Both the position numbers and the translations under genes were made by a program. This document shows, in pieces, positions 10,776 through 23,848 of a stretch of DNA of 64,000 bases. The DNA lies in NCBI GenBank assembly GCA_977016875.1, contig CDRNST010000018.1, positions 248,001 through 312,000 of the forward strand. The letters run 5' to 3'. Each line of letters opens with the position of its first letter. Position 1 is the stretch's first letter. Source of the DNA: Pavona decussata (lineage: Eukaryota). A model generated the notes under the pieces. The model was not told where the DNA came from. It worked only from the letters and a program-made list of their open reading frames with translations, and did no database searches.

Positions 10776-12044
10776 TCAAGAACGATGAAAAAAATGTGCA
10801 GGAAAATCAACATTAAAAGCAGCAACATCTACCCCTGCTAAATCATTTTCTGGGTCTGGGACTGGAGCTGAAGAGTCATCACCATACATAGAAAGATCTG
10901 CAGGCATTGTATTGTTCACAACACCCCTGATGCCTGCATAACTGGATGAATAGTGCCAAAGAATACCAGAGATCCATAACTGATGGGGACTCCTGTTATG
11001 TTCTGTTGATATTCCATGTTTATTAAATGTAGAAACAAACTGCCTTAGGGCATGATTGTTTCGTGGCATGTAAACATAATGTAACGAAAATAGATCAATT
11101 TAATTGTTATGATTACGCATGCCAATATGTTCTAAGTGCAAAAAAATGTTTCGGAACATGAATAAAATACAGTGCACAACTTCCCACCACAGTCTCTCGT
11201 TTCTAGTGTTGTGAACACTTGGTCCAGTTAGGAAGCTGCCACGATCAGCCCCTTTTTAGTGTACCATAAGTTCACCAACTGCAATATTCTCTCCACCATC
11301 ATCAGCATGTACTCGGGAAGGCAATCCCCACACATTAATTGCACTACGGAATAGTGAAAGAAAAGTGGAAGTACAGTTATTATTGTTGCAGTACAGATAA
11401 ACAATTACTCGTGGGAAGCCATCAATTCCACCATGCACCACAAAGTGCCAGTAACGCAACTTTAAATTACTATCAATGTGCCAGGAGAAATTAGGGTGTG
11501 GCACTCAGTATGGTTGTCTGGGAATTTGAAGTGCCCAACAACAGGCTCTACTCATTGAATCCAGGGTAATTAATGAATCACGCACTCTCCATCATTGAAC
11601 AAATATCCCTTGCTGTCTTAAAGCCCCTTGCATGTATCTTTCTCCAGAGCGGGGCATCCTTATTAGCTCTTGCTTTACTATTGCCTACAAGTCTGTGTCA
11701 GAAATTTGAGTATAAGAAACAAAAGTCTCTGTGATCTCCAGAGCATTAACACGCCGACACACTGTCCATCTCGAAACGCCAATAATACTTGATATAGCAG
11801 TCCACGAAAAGAAGTATGATTGTAGAAGCATCAGCTGTTCCCTCGAAATGTAATATGATGGCCGTCCAACCAAACCAGTCCCTACAACAGGGGCTTTGTA
11901 GGAACTGGGAGTGAACACAGGCAACTCCCTGAATGAATTCTCTATGGCCTGTAGTTCAACAAGATGACTGAGTTGTGTCACTATCTGTAAACTGAGGCGA
12001 CCTCTGACAAAATAGCAACACCTGATGAGCATGGCAAATGGCAC
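10776..12044 (-). pseudogene. Integrase-core (DDE/RNase H fold) transposase pseudogene, IS3EU-like
   Basis: HTH-like WTAISSIIGVSRWTVCRR, WHIDSNLKLRYWHFVVHGGIDGFPRVIVYL, GLPSRVHADDGGEN, FNKHGISTEHNRSPHQLW, with several stops. Confidence 0.75.
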
Positions 12045-14775
12045 CAGTTAGCCTGACAAGGAGAAAGTCAGCAGTTTCTTGGTTCAAAGGAGCATGACGG
12101 CAGCTGTCTAATTCCCGAAGCTGGGAGAGAAAAGAGAAATAAGAAATATTAAAGATTTAGCAAAGTTTTAAATATTAGAATATGTGGTTAGTAATTAATA
12201 AACAAATACCAAATTAGTCCACTAGAAACCTGGGGTGCTCTTGCTTTGGCATCAACTATCTGTTGGTGTTTGAAATATCATTTTCTTTCTTTCATCTCTT
12301 CTTTAAACCCCTTAAAATTTCATTCAAATTCACGTTTTCCCCCACCTTAAAGGGAAATTGATAGACTGTTTGCAGAGAGAATACAGGGAAAGCGACTACA
12401 ATGGAAGGAAGAAAAATAAAACCAAGAGAGAGAAAGAGAAAGAGAGAGAGAGAGCGAGGAAAAAAGAACATGGGAGGGGGGGGAGAGGGACGGAAAGGAG
12501 AGTTCTCCTTTCTTTTTCTTTTTCTGGTCTCTCCCCAGTCCCCTTTTTGCTAGTTCAGGCCACTTTTTCGGTTTGTTTGCCCGGGAATTTCGGGCACTCT
12601 CTCAAATATTCAAAAGGGACTACATAATCTAGAAGATTTAACAATTTGAAACCAGAAATGTTCTAAAGCATGGAGGGAAAATAGACTACAAAAATCCCTG
12701 CTCAAACAATGAACATACAGTTTATACGATCATTTTGTGCAAGAATGGAGATTTTTCGTTAAATCTGAGCAAAGTTATAAGTTTTTTTAGTTTTTCAGAA
12801 AGTCTGGAGTTGTAAACTCAATTAGTGAAAAGTAAAACATGAAAATTTTTCACGACGCATCAGAATTATCTTATTCATTCAATAGAGAATGATTCGACAA
12901 TCATTTTAGTGTAAGAATGGAGATTTTTTGTTGAATCTGAGCAAAGTTATAGGTTTTTTCATTTTTTTTCCACAAATTGCGGTGTCTTTTAAGAATTAAA
13001 AAGAATTTAATTAAAAAATAATTTAATTTGAAAGTAATTGTCGGCATGGACTTTGAATAAACAAGACGCTTTTTAGAGCTTTTACCTTTAGCACTAGTGG
13101 CCTTATTTATTGTAGGCCTCATCGATTTATTAACCTATCCTCCCTTCGCGATTGACCTAGCTGAATCGTTTTAAGCATAAAGAATGCGTGATATTGCGTT
13201 GCGCAACTTGAAATTTTGCCACCAAAAAATATTTCCCGCCAAAAATATCTTCAGCTGAAAGAAGCACTCTTAATAACTGAAATGTTCACTGTTAATCATA
13301 ACTTTTTGCATACATGTAAACTCGACATCTTTCATCACATTTTTCCTTCTCATACAAAAGTATTACATGAAGTAGATTAGTTTGCTAAAAAAACTAATTT
13401 TGCTGTCACTTTTCACGCGAAAGCGGAACGTGCCATGTTACGCATTATTGACGTAAACAAAATTATGCAAATTTCTGGTGAAATAAACACTTTAGATCTT
13501 GTCAGCTTTCATAGAGGTTTCAAAGGGAAAAAATGTTTCATTTTTGAAATTTACAACTGGTAATTTATAGGAAAGCAAAAGGACGCGCTCGATAAATAAT
13601 TCTTATTTAGCAAGAGCTTGTCATATTTCATTATTTTTACTTGAGGATTGCGTGGACTGAACTTGAAAGGAAAAATTTCACGCATTGATGACGGGCATGA
13701 AATGTAATGCGATACTTTGTTGAAGACCCGTTGAACAGATTTCCCTTTGTAAGATCGGCTTGAAAAAGACAAATCTACCTATCCCCTACAGAATTTTGTA
13801 ATTTTAATTCCAAAAAAACTTCACTTGCCCATCGGGCAAGTGATGGTCAGAATCCACTAGCCTGATCGCAAAATCCAGTAGCCCCGGACTGTCGGATACG
13901 AATTTACATGACGTAGCTGCACATAGCGTGCTTCTATGAACTTTGAAAAAAAAACACGTGATTTTTTTAAATCGGCGCCTCAGCATAATCTTATTCAATC
14001 TGTAGAGAATAAATTGACAATCATTTTTATAGTATAAGAATGGTTATTTTCGTTACATAATCGGGCAAAGATATAATTTCTTTTAGCTTTCAAGGAAGTT
14101 CCCGTAGCCGTCTAAATTTCAATTACTATGTGTCATTGCATTCACGAGTTGGCTCACAGGAGCCTTTGATTTGATATACATTGCCACACAAGCATGGTGG
14201 ATCGTTACAGCCTAATGTCGTGGAGACCACTTTGGAACCACCTGTGTCGTCTGCTGCATTGCCTTCCTATGCCAAGGTGGTTGTCATTCCCTGGAGCAAG
14301 TGTTGGTCATTAAAGCTGCCGAGGCGTCAGGCTCCATTTCCAAGGAGCCATCCTCAAAGTCATCCAAGGACTCAAAGCAGGATTCTGCAAAACAACAACC
14401 TAAGAAGCCAGTGAAGAAAGCAGCTAGTGAGCCACCACCCTCAAATATCCAGAACACATCTACCTAATGTAAACATGCAACAGAAGAAAAGGCGGAGCCT
14501 GTTCGCAAGTGTACATCTGTGTGCAAACAGGACCGTGATGTCTACCATGACCGTGAGCATGGTCCATGAGCTCCTGTTTCTTGTTTGTATAATTTAGGTT
14601 TTTATTTGTTCTGGTAATTTTTTTGAGGACCCTTCTGTAAAGCACTTTCGTGATGTTGGTTTTCTCATTAAAGATTACCCTCAACAGGCACTCCTGTGAG
14701 GGCGAGCGTGACCGCTCTGGCCATGCTCATCATCATGACCATGATCATGAATCAACTGAGGACTCTGATTATGAT

Positions 14776-15900
14776 TGCGATTTGAACAATGCTTCCCTGC
14801 TTGATGCAATCTTGTTTGCTGATGATACACACCTATTCACCTTCCATAATGATCCTGTTTACCTAATTAACACATTAAATAGAAAATTAAACAAATTGTC
14901 AACCTGGTTTGCAGCAAACCGGCTCTCCTTGAAATTAGCCAAGACTAATTTTATGGCATTCAAGCCTTGGCAAAAGAAGCAATCCTTTGAATTTCAAGTT
15001 TTCATAAATGAGCAGCCTATTCTTCGTGTTTCTGAGACCATGTTTTTGGATGTTTTATTACATGACAATGTGACCTAGAAATCGCATATATCCTGAACAG
15101 CAAATAAATTATCCATTCTATAGGTATTATTCATTAATCTAGGTTTTTTCTGTCTACTCACTCCCTTCGTACTTTATATAATTCTGTGATCCTTCCATAT
15201 TTATATTATTGCAATTTAGCTTGGGCTGGTACCTATAAGTCAAACCTTCAACGAATTGTAACCTTACAGAAACCTGCGTTAAAAATAGTAAGCAATTCTA
15301 CATACATTGCCCATACTGGCCCTAACTTAAACTCTTAAAATTTCATGATATCCATTCGTTTCAATTAGGTACTTTTATGTTTTCATTCAAGAACTCTACA
15401 CTCCCTTCAAAATTCAATAACTCTTTTTACTGAATAGTCAAATCCATAATTATAATTCTAGGAATGCTCAGTCCTTCCGCTTGCCACTATGCAGAACAAA
15501 CACTAGGAAGTTTTCAATCTACTTTCAAGGTCCAAACTTCTATAATTCGCTGAATTCTGACATAACTAGTTCTCCCTCCTCCGCTTCTTTTAAAAGAAAG
15601 CTTAAAGAATTTCTTCTCTCTAGGTATTAACTTCTGTAAGGCTGTAATTCTTTACGAACTTATTTAATATGTGTGTGTGCGTGTGTGTGTACGTGTGCGC
15701 GGTAAAAGTTAATTGCCATAAGTCCATATTGTAATTATAATATAAGATTAGCTATTTTAAGTGAGGAACCCTGACTTGTCATAAGCCTCGTGGTTTCTTT
15801 CAGGTTTTCTCGCCATCTATTTTCTTACATCAAATTTCTTCATTTTTTCCATCTGTAAATGTTGTATATGGCAAAATAAACATTGTATTGTATTGTATTG
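14776..15900 (+). mobile_element. 5'-truncated CR1/L2-group LINE (RT C-terminus, 3' UTR, (ATTGT)n tail)
   Basis: LFADDTHLF...LNKLSTWFAANRLSLKLAKTNFM, followed by AATAAA and ATTGT repeats. Confidence 0.8.
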
Positions 15901-16630
15901 ATTTGTTAGATTTTCCGAAAATCTTCAGAACAAAGCCCACAAGCGGGTATGCATTTCATGAACCGAGCTGACGCGCGTGTAGGCATTTCATGACGTCAAC
16001 CCAACACAAAGAACCCATGTTAATGTAAGGATGATAATATACATATGTACCGTACATAAAATCTATTGTAACTTACGTATATACTTCAGAATATCTTGTA
16101 AAACGCTACTGTTTATATGTACTTTGTATAGTTTACTGTTACTGCTTCTTGTAAATTCTAACTCTTATAAAATATTCTAATAATAATAAAAAAAAACCCA
16201 AAAGAACCCATATTAATTGACTCTTGCATTAGTTTATGATGAATTCATAGTATAACCTCCCTTTTACTTTAACTTTTTAAACCTCAAATAAAATCTGTGA
16301 AGACTATGATCAATGGTATGCCCTTTTCTCCCCTTCCCCTTCCCATGCAAAGACTCTGTAGGGTCGAGGGGTAAAGGGCATTTGCAGGTTGGTGAGGGGG
16401 AGGGGTCTTTTTCAGGGTGGCACCTTCCTCTCTCTTCCCAAATAAAACATGCATCAGCATACTAGTTAAAAAAATGGCGTTTATTTCCATATTTTTATTT
16501 ATTTCTGGTTTAAGGCCCTATATTCGAAAGAGTGTAGGCTTTAACCTTGTGAAACCAACAGTGGGAAGTGGGGAGATGTGTGCACAAACACTTTTGAGTT
16601 TTTGTGCACAGAAGCCAGTCTACCTCCAAC

Positions 16631-16750
16631 TGAGGAGACCTAATTAATACAAGCCTCATAGTTTCCTTTAGGTCTCCTCGCCATTGTTAAATCTATTTAT
16701 TTTTTTTGTTGTTGTTTTCATTACATTTGTGGTGTGGCAAAATAAGTAAA
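16631..16750 (+). mobile_element. Short 3' tail of a related CR1/L2-group LINE
   Basis: TGAGGAGACCTA...AAGCCTC...TAGGTCTCCTCGCCA...TGGCAAAATAA resembles 15762-15880. Confidence 0.55.
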
Positions 16751-16939
16751 CAAATATGCGATTGGCTAAACTCTGTGCTACTGAAACCTTAGTGCATCAA
16801 GAACAGGTAAGCTAACAATGTTATTGACGTGCTTAAATACAGTGCTCATGACAACTTCACGTCGATTTAAGTGCGTACCCACGTTTCATGGGTCGTTTAA
16901 GGCGGGGGTGGTTTAAAATTCCCAAACCAGTTTGATTTT

Positions 16940-18608
16940 TGTGCTTTAAAGTGGGTCAATACCCTGACGACAACACGGGTTTTGTCAAGAATCTTCGTTC
17001 CTTGCGTGTTTTACTTGAAGTTATTTCCCTGTATGAGAAAGGGTTGGGCGCGAAATTGAATAGATCTAAATCGGAGGCTACATGGGTTGGCGCTTGGAAG
17101 TCCCGCGATGATCAGCCCTTTGGGCTGACGTGGGTTAAAAAGATGAAGATTTTGGGTGTTTTCTTTGGTGTCGTCGACGCTCAGCGTCACAATTGGGAGC
17201 CTAAGCTCTTTAAGTTAGATAAGATGCTCACTATATGGAAGCCTCGCTCTTTGTCTATGATCGGCAAGTCTTTAGTTATTAATGTTCTTGGTGTGAGTAA
17301 GTTTTTGTATTTGGCCCGAGTGCTCGTAACTCCTAGGTGGGTCATTGAGGGTTATAACAGTCTTATTAGTAAGTTTCTCTGGGGTTCCAAGATTGAGCCT
17401 GTGGCCCGTAAGACCCTCCATTGCCCTATTGTCAAGGGAGGTCTCAGGATTGTTGATTTTGAGGTTAAAGGTCGGGCGTTACGTCTTGCTTCTATGTTGT
17501 CGGTAGTTGCTGATTCTAGTCCGAATTGTTTTAAACTAGCTAAGTATTTTTTCGGCAGTTGGCTTGCCCGTTTTGGTCCAAGTTGGGCTAACCTTCGCGA
17601 TAATTCATCTCTAAGTGCGAGTTTACCTACCTCGTTTTATGCTAGCTGTCTTGGAACCCTGGAGGAACTTACTTACTTACCTGCTTCCTTTGTGTTCTCG
17701 TCTAAGAATATTTATCGTGAATTTCTCAAAGTGCAGACTTCCCCTCCTATCCTGCCTTGGTTTTGGGCTCCTTTTCTCAGGCCTAGTTTAGACTTGACTG
17801 AGCATTGAACCCTTGTTCGCGACTCTCTTACGGAGAATTTTAAGAGTCATCTGTCATGGCTCATTACCTTAAGGGCGGTTAAAGTTTGCGATGCGCTGCA
17901 TAACTGGGGCTACATTAATTCCCATTGATGTGCCTCATGTCTGCGCAGGGAAACGATTCATCATTGTTTTTTGAATTGTGCGCGTGTTAAACCTGTTTGG
18001 GCTTTTTTTGTTCCTTTGCTTTCGGCGCTTTTGGGGCCCCCGGCTCCTTTTGTTCCTAATTGTGTGTCTGTGTTTTTCTTTCGCTTCCCTCCTTGTGCTC
18101 CTAGGGTTCGTGCGATCACTATTTTTCTCATTAAGTCGATTTTGTATGGGATTTGGAAGTTTCACAATAAGGCAACTTTCAATAACGGAACATTATTCGC
18201 TATATTGTTCAGGATGTCACTGGCCGCGTTAAATTGGACCACTATCGTCTCCCTGCTGCAAGGTTTGAGTCTTGTTGGGTCCACCCGGAGTTCTGTTCGG
18301 TCTCGAGTAATAACCGCCTCCCTTTTTCATTTATTAATAATTAACTTGCATTACAATAAGAGGCCCTTTTGTTATGGACTTTGTTAATTGTACTTCAAGG
18401 TTTATCTGAGAGAATGCTGTTTGTCGTTACGGATGTTTACTCCGGATTTTTAATCTGTGCGTTGTTTGCGTCTAAATGAGATCAGCGGTCTTTCTTTTAT
18501 GGACTTTGCTTAGTAGAGTTTCAAGGATTATCTTAGGGGATTCTTTTTTGTGAGACTCAGCCTTGTATTTTAATTGAATGAGCTGAATAAAGTTTTCTTT
18601 TACAAAAA
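16940..18608 (+). mobile_element. 5'-truncated X-type Tx1 element (RT C-terminus, zinc-finger region, 3' UTR) ending at U2 nt 39
   Basis: YPDDNTGF...GAKLNRSKSEA...MKILGVFFG, similar to 31859-33268. AATAAA and a short poly(A) are joined to TCTGTTCTTATCAG. Confidence 0.88.
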
Positions 18609-18622
18609 TCTGTTCTTATCAG
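18609..18622 (+). ncRNA. U2 snRNA nt 39-52 (upstream copy of the target-site duplication of the next element)
   Basis: TCTGTTCTTATCAG, repeated at 23830-23843. Confidence 0.85.
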
Positions 18623-18798
18623 ACGTGTCGGAGGGCTTTGTGCTTTTCCGTACATACGTTCCGGTTAGTGTCCTTTTTCCCCGTTTTTTCCTTACTGAGT
18701 CTTTTGCTAAGGATCTCGTCTGTCTTTTGAGGAAGTTTGAGAGCTGTGTGAGTTTTATTTTTTTCACCGTTTTCCTGTTTTGCCACGTGCGAGACAAG

Positions 18799-19954
18799 AT
18801 GGCCGGCTGACCGAGGGCAGCCTTTGCGCACAAGCAAACTACACGTTTGTTGGTGGAGGAAGGCATGACAGTAGATGCCTTATCGATTATTCAATCCTTG
18901 CCGGATTTCCTACCCGACATCACCGGAGTTGTGCCGCTGTATGGCAGCAAATGCTTTGACATCACATTGGCAAATCCCGAAGCTGCTACTTACCTGGCGA
19001 CGGCAGGTTATGATTACGAATCAACAGTTAAACCACTGAGGCTTGTTGGCCCGAAAAACATACATGTATCCATCTTTGTGTCCGTGGAGTTCCCGAGCGA
19101 TCAACTACTCCCGCTACTGAAACAGTACGGGCAACTAAAGTCGGAGCAGCTTCGATGACTTTACTTTGCTGAGGAAGGATTTCAACGCATCGAGCGTGGA
19201 ATCCGCGTGGCAGAACTTATCGCTCTGGATAAAGACTTCCCGTGCAAGATTGTTACTCAGCGGCTTGAAATTGCCTTTAAATACACCGGCGAGCCAGTTA
19301 AATGCTATCCTTGGGGCTCTTCGAGGCATTTGGTAAAAGAATGTCCTAAACAGCGACAACCTCGGGCAGCACGTGTGGCAGCCGGGGGGGAGGCCGGCCC
19401 AGAGCCCCCTACCTCTTCGGAAGAATTAACTGAATCTATGGACACCGAGACCTCTCAGGCTGACACAGTAACTCCGGCACCTTCCACAGAGCCTACTCCG
19501 GCATCTCCACCGCTGTCTTATGCGAACATCTTGCAGAATCTTTTCAACGACTCTGGCGATGCCTCGCGTAAACGCCCCCCCCCCCCCCCCCCCCCCCCCG
19601 TCCCCGGCCAAGGAAGACAAACCTGCCACCAAGAAAGCTACCGTTACATCCGTCCCTGAATCACCCTTCATGCATAATTTTATGCTGGCATTAAAGAAGC
19701 AGGGCCAACACCATGCCAAACTGATGAAGGCGATTTCTGGACCGGACTTCTACAGTTACCGTGCCCTATTCTTACAATATAACTTTGGAAACCACACGGA
19801 CCAAGACCTGAGAACATTGGCGCGCCCTATTCTAAATGACCGTGAAGGTGATGCTTGGGCTGACTTACACCGCACACTTAGCATGGACACCTATGCGAAA
19901 CTTTTAGAAATCTGCGAAAATCTTAGGCGCAGGCACCCAAACACTTTTAAGTAA
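18799..19954 (+). pseudogene. ORF1 of Y1
   Basis: Collinear with the Y2 ORF1 (KCFDITL, IHVSIFVSVEFP); contains stops and a frameshift in a poly-C run. Confidence 0.85.
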
Positions 19955-19998
19955 TTTTTTCGCTTACTATTTTCACCCCCCACCTTTTTATTTTTATT

Positions 19999-22900
19999 AT
20001 GGCTGTCTTGTACGCGTCCATTAATGTCAACGGCGTGGCCGAGCACCACAAACGCGTTAAGCTTTTCGAAGCGCTCCCCTTGCTTCGTATCGATAGATTC
20101 GTGCTGCAAGAAACACATCTCGCTGACCTATCGCAAGGTAAGACATGGGAAAAGGAATGGGGTGGCCAGGCTGTTTGGTCTCCAGGTTCTAATCGATCTG
20201 CCGGCGTGGCTGTGCTTATTCATCTGAATAGCTCTGTCACTCTGTCGGATCATAAGACCGATCTAGTGGGCAGAGTCCTCGCCGTTAAGCTATGTAAGGA
20301 TAACGTTTCCTTTCAATTACTCACTGTTTATGCCCCGAATAACCACGGGGACAGGGAACATTTCTTTAGTGACCTTTGGCGGTTTGTTTACCCTAATCTC
20401 GAAACCATTGTTGTCGGTGATTTTAATTGTGTTCCGGATATTCGGTCAGATAAGTTTGGAGGAGATGACAGCTTTGGTGACAGGGCTGTCGCGACTCTCC
20501 ACACTTTTACTGACTCTTTTAATTTGGAGGATTTTTATCGTGTTTCTTTCCCTTCGGGGTGCTCTTATACCTGGTTTAATCGTGCGCACACTATTGGTTG
20601 CTGGCTAGATCGGTTTTATACTCCTAGAGCCTGGAGATCTCGTATCGGCGGGTTTCACGACTCTCCCTTTGCGTACTCAGATCACCATTTAATCCGCATT
20701 AATATTACACTTGGGACTTCAAACCCGTGAGGTCGCGGTATTTGGAAGTTTAACACCCAGCTGTTAAAGTCAGACTCGTTCTGTACAGCCGTTAATGACT
20801 TCTGGCTTTCTTGGCGTGACGTAAAATCGGCATTCACTGACCCTCGGGTTTGGTGCGATGCCGGTAAATTACAACTAAAAGAACTTGCTGTTTCCCACAG
20901 TGTTAACGCTTCACGTGAGAGACAACGGGAGATATTATCCTTAGAACGCGAGTTTCGTAATATCCTGTCGCTCGGTAATCCAAATACCGTCGCTGATCAC
21001 GATCGCTTAACTGAGATTAAAACCTGTCTACAAGCGCTATCGGATCAGGCTGTTGAAGGAGCTATAATCCGTAGTAAAGAACAGTGGATCGAGTTGGGAG
21101 AAAAACCCACTAGGTATTTCTTTCAACTCGAAACTAAACGAGAGTCACGCAACGCAATTCTGGAATTGCGTGTGGGTGACAGGTCTGTCACATCTGACAT
21201 GGAAATATTACACACGTGTCGCGAATTCTACAGTTCACTTTATTCGGTTGAGCCTGTTGATCTCTCTTGCCAGGACTGGCTGTTAGATCAACTGGACGCA
21301 ATACTCACTGCTGAAGACCAAAATAAATGCGAGGGGGACCTCACACTCGGCGAGTGCTATGAGGCTCTCTTTCAAATGTCGTCTGGAAAATCTCCTGGGG
21401 CCGATGGCCTTCCGGTGGAATTTTACCAGCGTTTTTGGGGTCTACTTGGTGCAGACTTAGTAGACTCGCTGAATTATTCGTTCAAGCACGGATCGCTATC
21501 CGACTCTCAGCGCCGAGGTATTATCCGACTTCTCTATAAGAAGGATGATCCCTTAAGTTTTAAGAATCGGCGACCTATTTCCCTGCTAAATGCGGATTAT
21601 AAACTCTGTACTAAGGTGTTAGCAAATAGATTACGCAAGGTCATCTCGCGTGTCCTTAGCGAGGATCAAAGATGTGGGGTCCCTGGCCGCACGATTTTCG
21701 AAAACCTTATGTTAATTCGGGATACTATTTCCTAAGTACAACACAAGCAGCTCTCGGCCGCTATCATTAGTTTGGATCAAGAGAAAGCTTTCGATCGCGT
21801 TAATCACAGCTTCTTGCAACGTGTTTTAGAGCGGTTTAATTTCGGACCTGATTTCCGGCGTTGGGTGTCTGTGGTGTATCACGACATATGATCTTGCATT
21901 ATTAATAATGGCCGGCTCTCACGAGCCTTTAATTTGGAACGGGGAGTCCTACAAGGTTGCCCGCTTTCTCCTCTCTTGTATTGCCTTGTGGCTGAATGCC
22001 TCGGCCAAGGTATCCGCCGTGACCCGAGTATTGAGGAAATCCTAATCCCGGGCTCGGGAAGTAAACAAAGCAAAGTGTCCCAGTACACGGACGACGCCAC
22101 TCTTATTTTGGCTAACGACTACTCGGTTGTCAAATGCTTTCAGGTGATATCCATCTTCGAACGGGGTTCAGGCTCTCGCCTTAATTCCCAAAAAACTGAA
22201 GGACTGTGGATTGGCACGCTCACGGGCCGATCAACGGGTCCTGTTCCAATTACCTGGGTCACCGACAAACTTAAAATTCTCGGTGTTTACTTTGGTAACT
22301 CCGACCTCAAATTTCCAAATTGGGAACATCGCGTGAGCAAACTTGAAAAGCGTCTAAATTTATGGAAATGCCGTACCGTTTCTCTTAAGGGTAAAGCTAT
22401 GATTATTAACACCATCGGCGCAACTGGTCTGTGGTATACCGCCACAGTTCTCCCCATGCCTGATTGGGTCCACACGAGGGTTACTAGAGCCATCTATGAC
22501 TTTCTGTGGAACGGCAAAACAGAGCTTGTTAAGCGGCGAACTTGTCAACTCCCTCTCACACTCGGAGGTCTGGCTGTGATTAACCCCATCAAAAAAGCTG
22601 GCGCTTTAAAGCTACGGTGGGTACCCCACATGGGTAATCCGACTTACACTTCCAAGTGGGTCTATTTTGCCCGCTTCTGGATAGCCCTTCCCCTGAGCCG
22701 AGTGATCAAGAGCTGGTCTTTCCTGAGATCTAATTCAGTGCCGAAGTATATTGGCGATAACATCCCAGTATTCTTCCGCAACCTTCTTACGGCCTTTCAT
22801 GGCCTTGACACGGATTTAACCTTGTTCCCTGACTACAAGGTTAAAACCTTTTATGCAAAACTCGCTTTTCCTTCCCTCGAGGACCTGCCTTGTGCAAGTG

Positions 22901-23493
22901 CTTGGGAGCGAAGGTTACACACCCCCCTCCCCTGGTCATCCCTTTGGCTGCGGATTTATGGGGGTCTGAGTACGAACTGGGAAGTTGAATAGCTTGGCGC
23001 CTCGCGCATGGCATCCTTAAGACTCGGGCCTATCTGACGCGTTGGCGCCGTCTACAGGTTAGGGATAGCTGTTCTGTTTGCGGTCAACCTGAGACCTTTT
23101 CCCTTGTCTTTTGTGAGTGCTCGCTCGCGCCAGACGTCTGGACGTGGATTTTTACTTTGTGCAGCCAATTTTACTCTACTCCCCTTCAGTTTTCCCCTTC
23201 TGTAGTTCTTATTAAGCATGGCCTGCCCGCTGGTAGCCGGTATCTACACTCGAATGTGCTTACCCGGTTTCTCATTAATCTTACCCTTAACCAGCTATGG
23301 GCGGCGAGGAATCGCCACACTTTCGAAGGCCAATCGTCTACCCCGCATGGGGTTATTGCCACTATTAAGCAACGGGTGCGCACTCGTATTTGTGCCCCTT
23401 ACAATTTCACTCCACCAAGATTTTGTATCCTCTTGGGGCCACGCAAACGTTCTCTGTAAAATTGATAACAACGTGCTACGGATCCTCATATAA
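19999..23493 (+). pseudogene. ORF2 of Y1: APE endonuclease + reverse transcriptase + C-terminal zinc finger
   Basis: SINVNG, LQETH, VYAPN, GDFN, SDH; KSPGADG, RPISLLNADYK, QGCPLSP, YTDD. Confidence 0.93.
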
Positions 23494-23826
23494 TATTCTT
23501 TGTTAACTCCCGTTTGTGGAGAGGGGTGGACATGGCTGCGGCTACCACTCCCAGTGCCAACCCCTCCCCCCACACGGTTCGAACATTCTTACTTATTTCC
23601 TCACGGATGTATTTCGTTCTATTCCGTTATTTTTATTTTCAGGAGGTGGGGCCTGGCCGTGACGTGGCTTCCGGGGCACCACCTCCCCTCTTAATCTCTG
23701 TAATTCTCATTTGTCTACTTCATTAGAATTGTATTAGTAATAATCTATTTTACACCGTAAAATCTACACTTGATTGCGAACCTACTTTAACTTGATTTCA
23801 ATAACACTTATTTATTCAAAAAGAAA

Positions 23827-23848
23827 GTATCTGTTCTTATCAGCTTAA
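23827..23848 (+). ncRNA. U2 snRNA nt 36-57
   Basis: GTATCTGTTCTTATCAGCTTAA; U2 resumes at 26095. Confidence 0.9.

Larger units (their letters stand above)
18623..23826 (+). mobile_element. Full-length (5.2 kb) U2-targeted Tx1 element, lineage Y (subfamily Y1), degenerate
   Basis: ORF1 18799-19954, ORF2 19999-23493, AATAAC and an A-rich tail joined to U2 nt 36. Flanked by duplicated U2 sequence. Confidence 0.93.

Noticed and set aside
12340-12650. Possible small MITE (TAGACTG...TAATCTA) with a GA-rich interior
   Set aside because: Termini too degenerate and no clear TSD.
14181-14775. His/Asp-rich short ORFs
   Set aside because: Low complexity and no recognisable domain; the long ORF only gains meaning where the LINE RT fragment begins.
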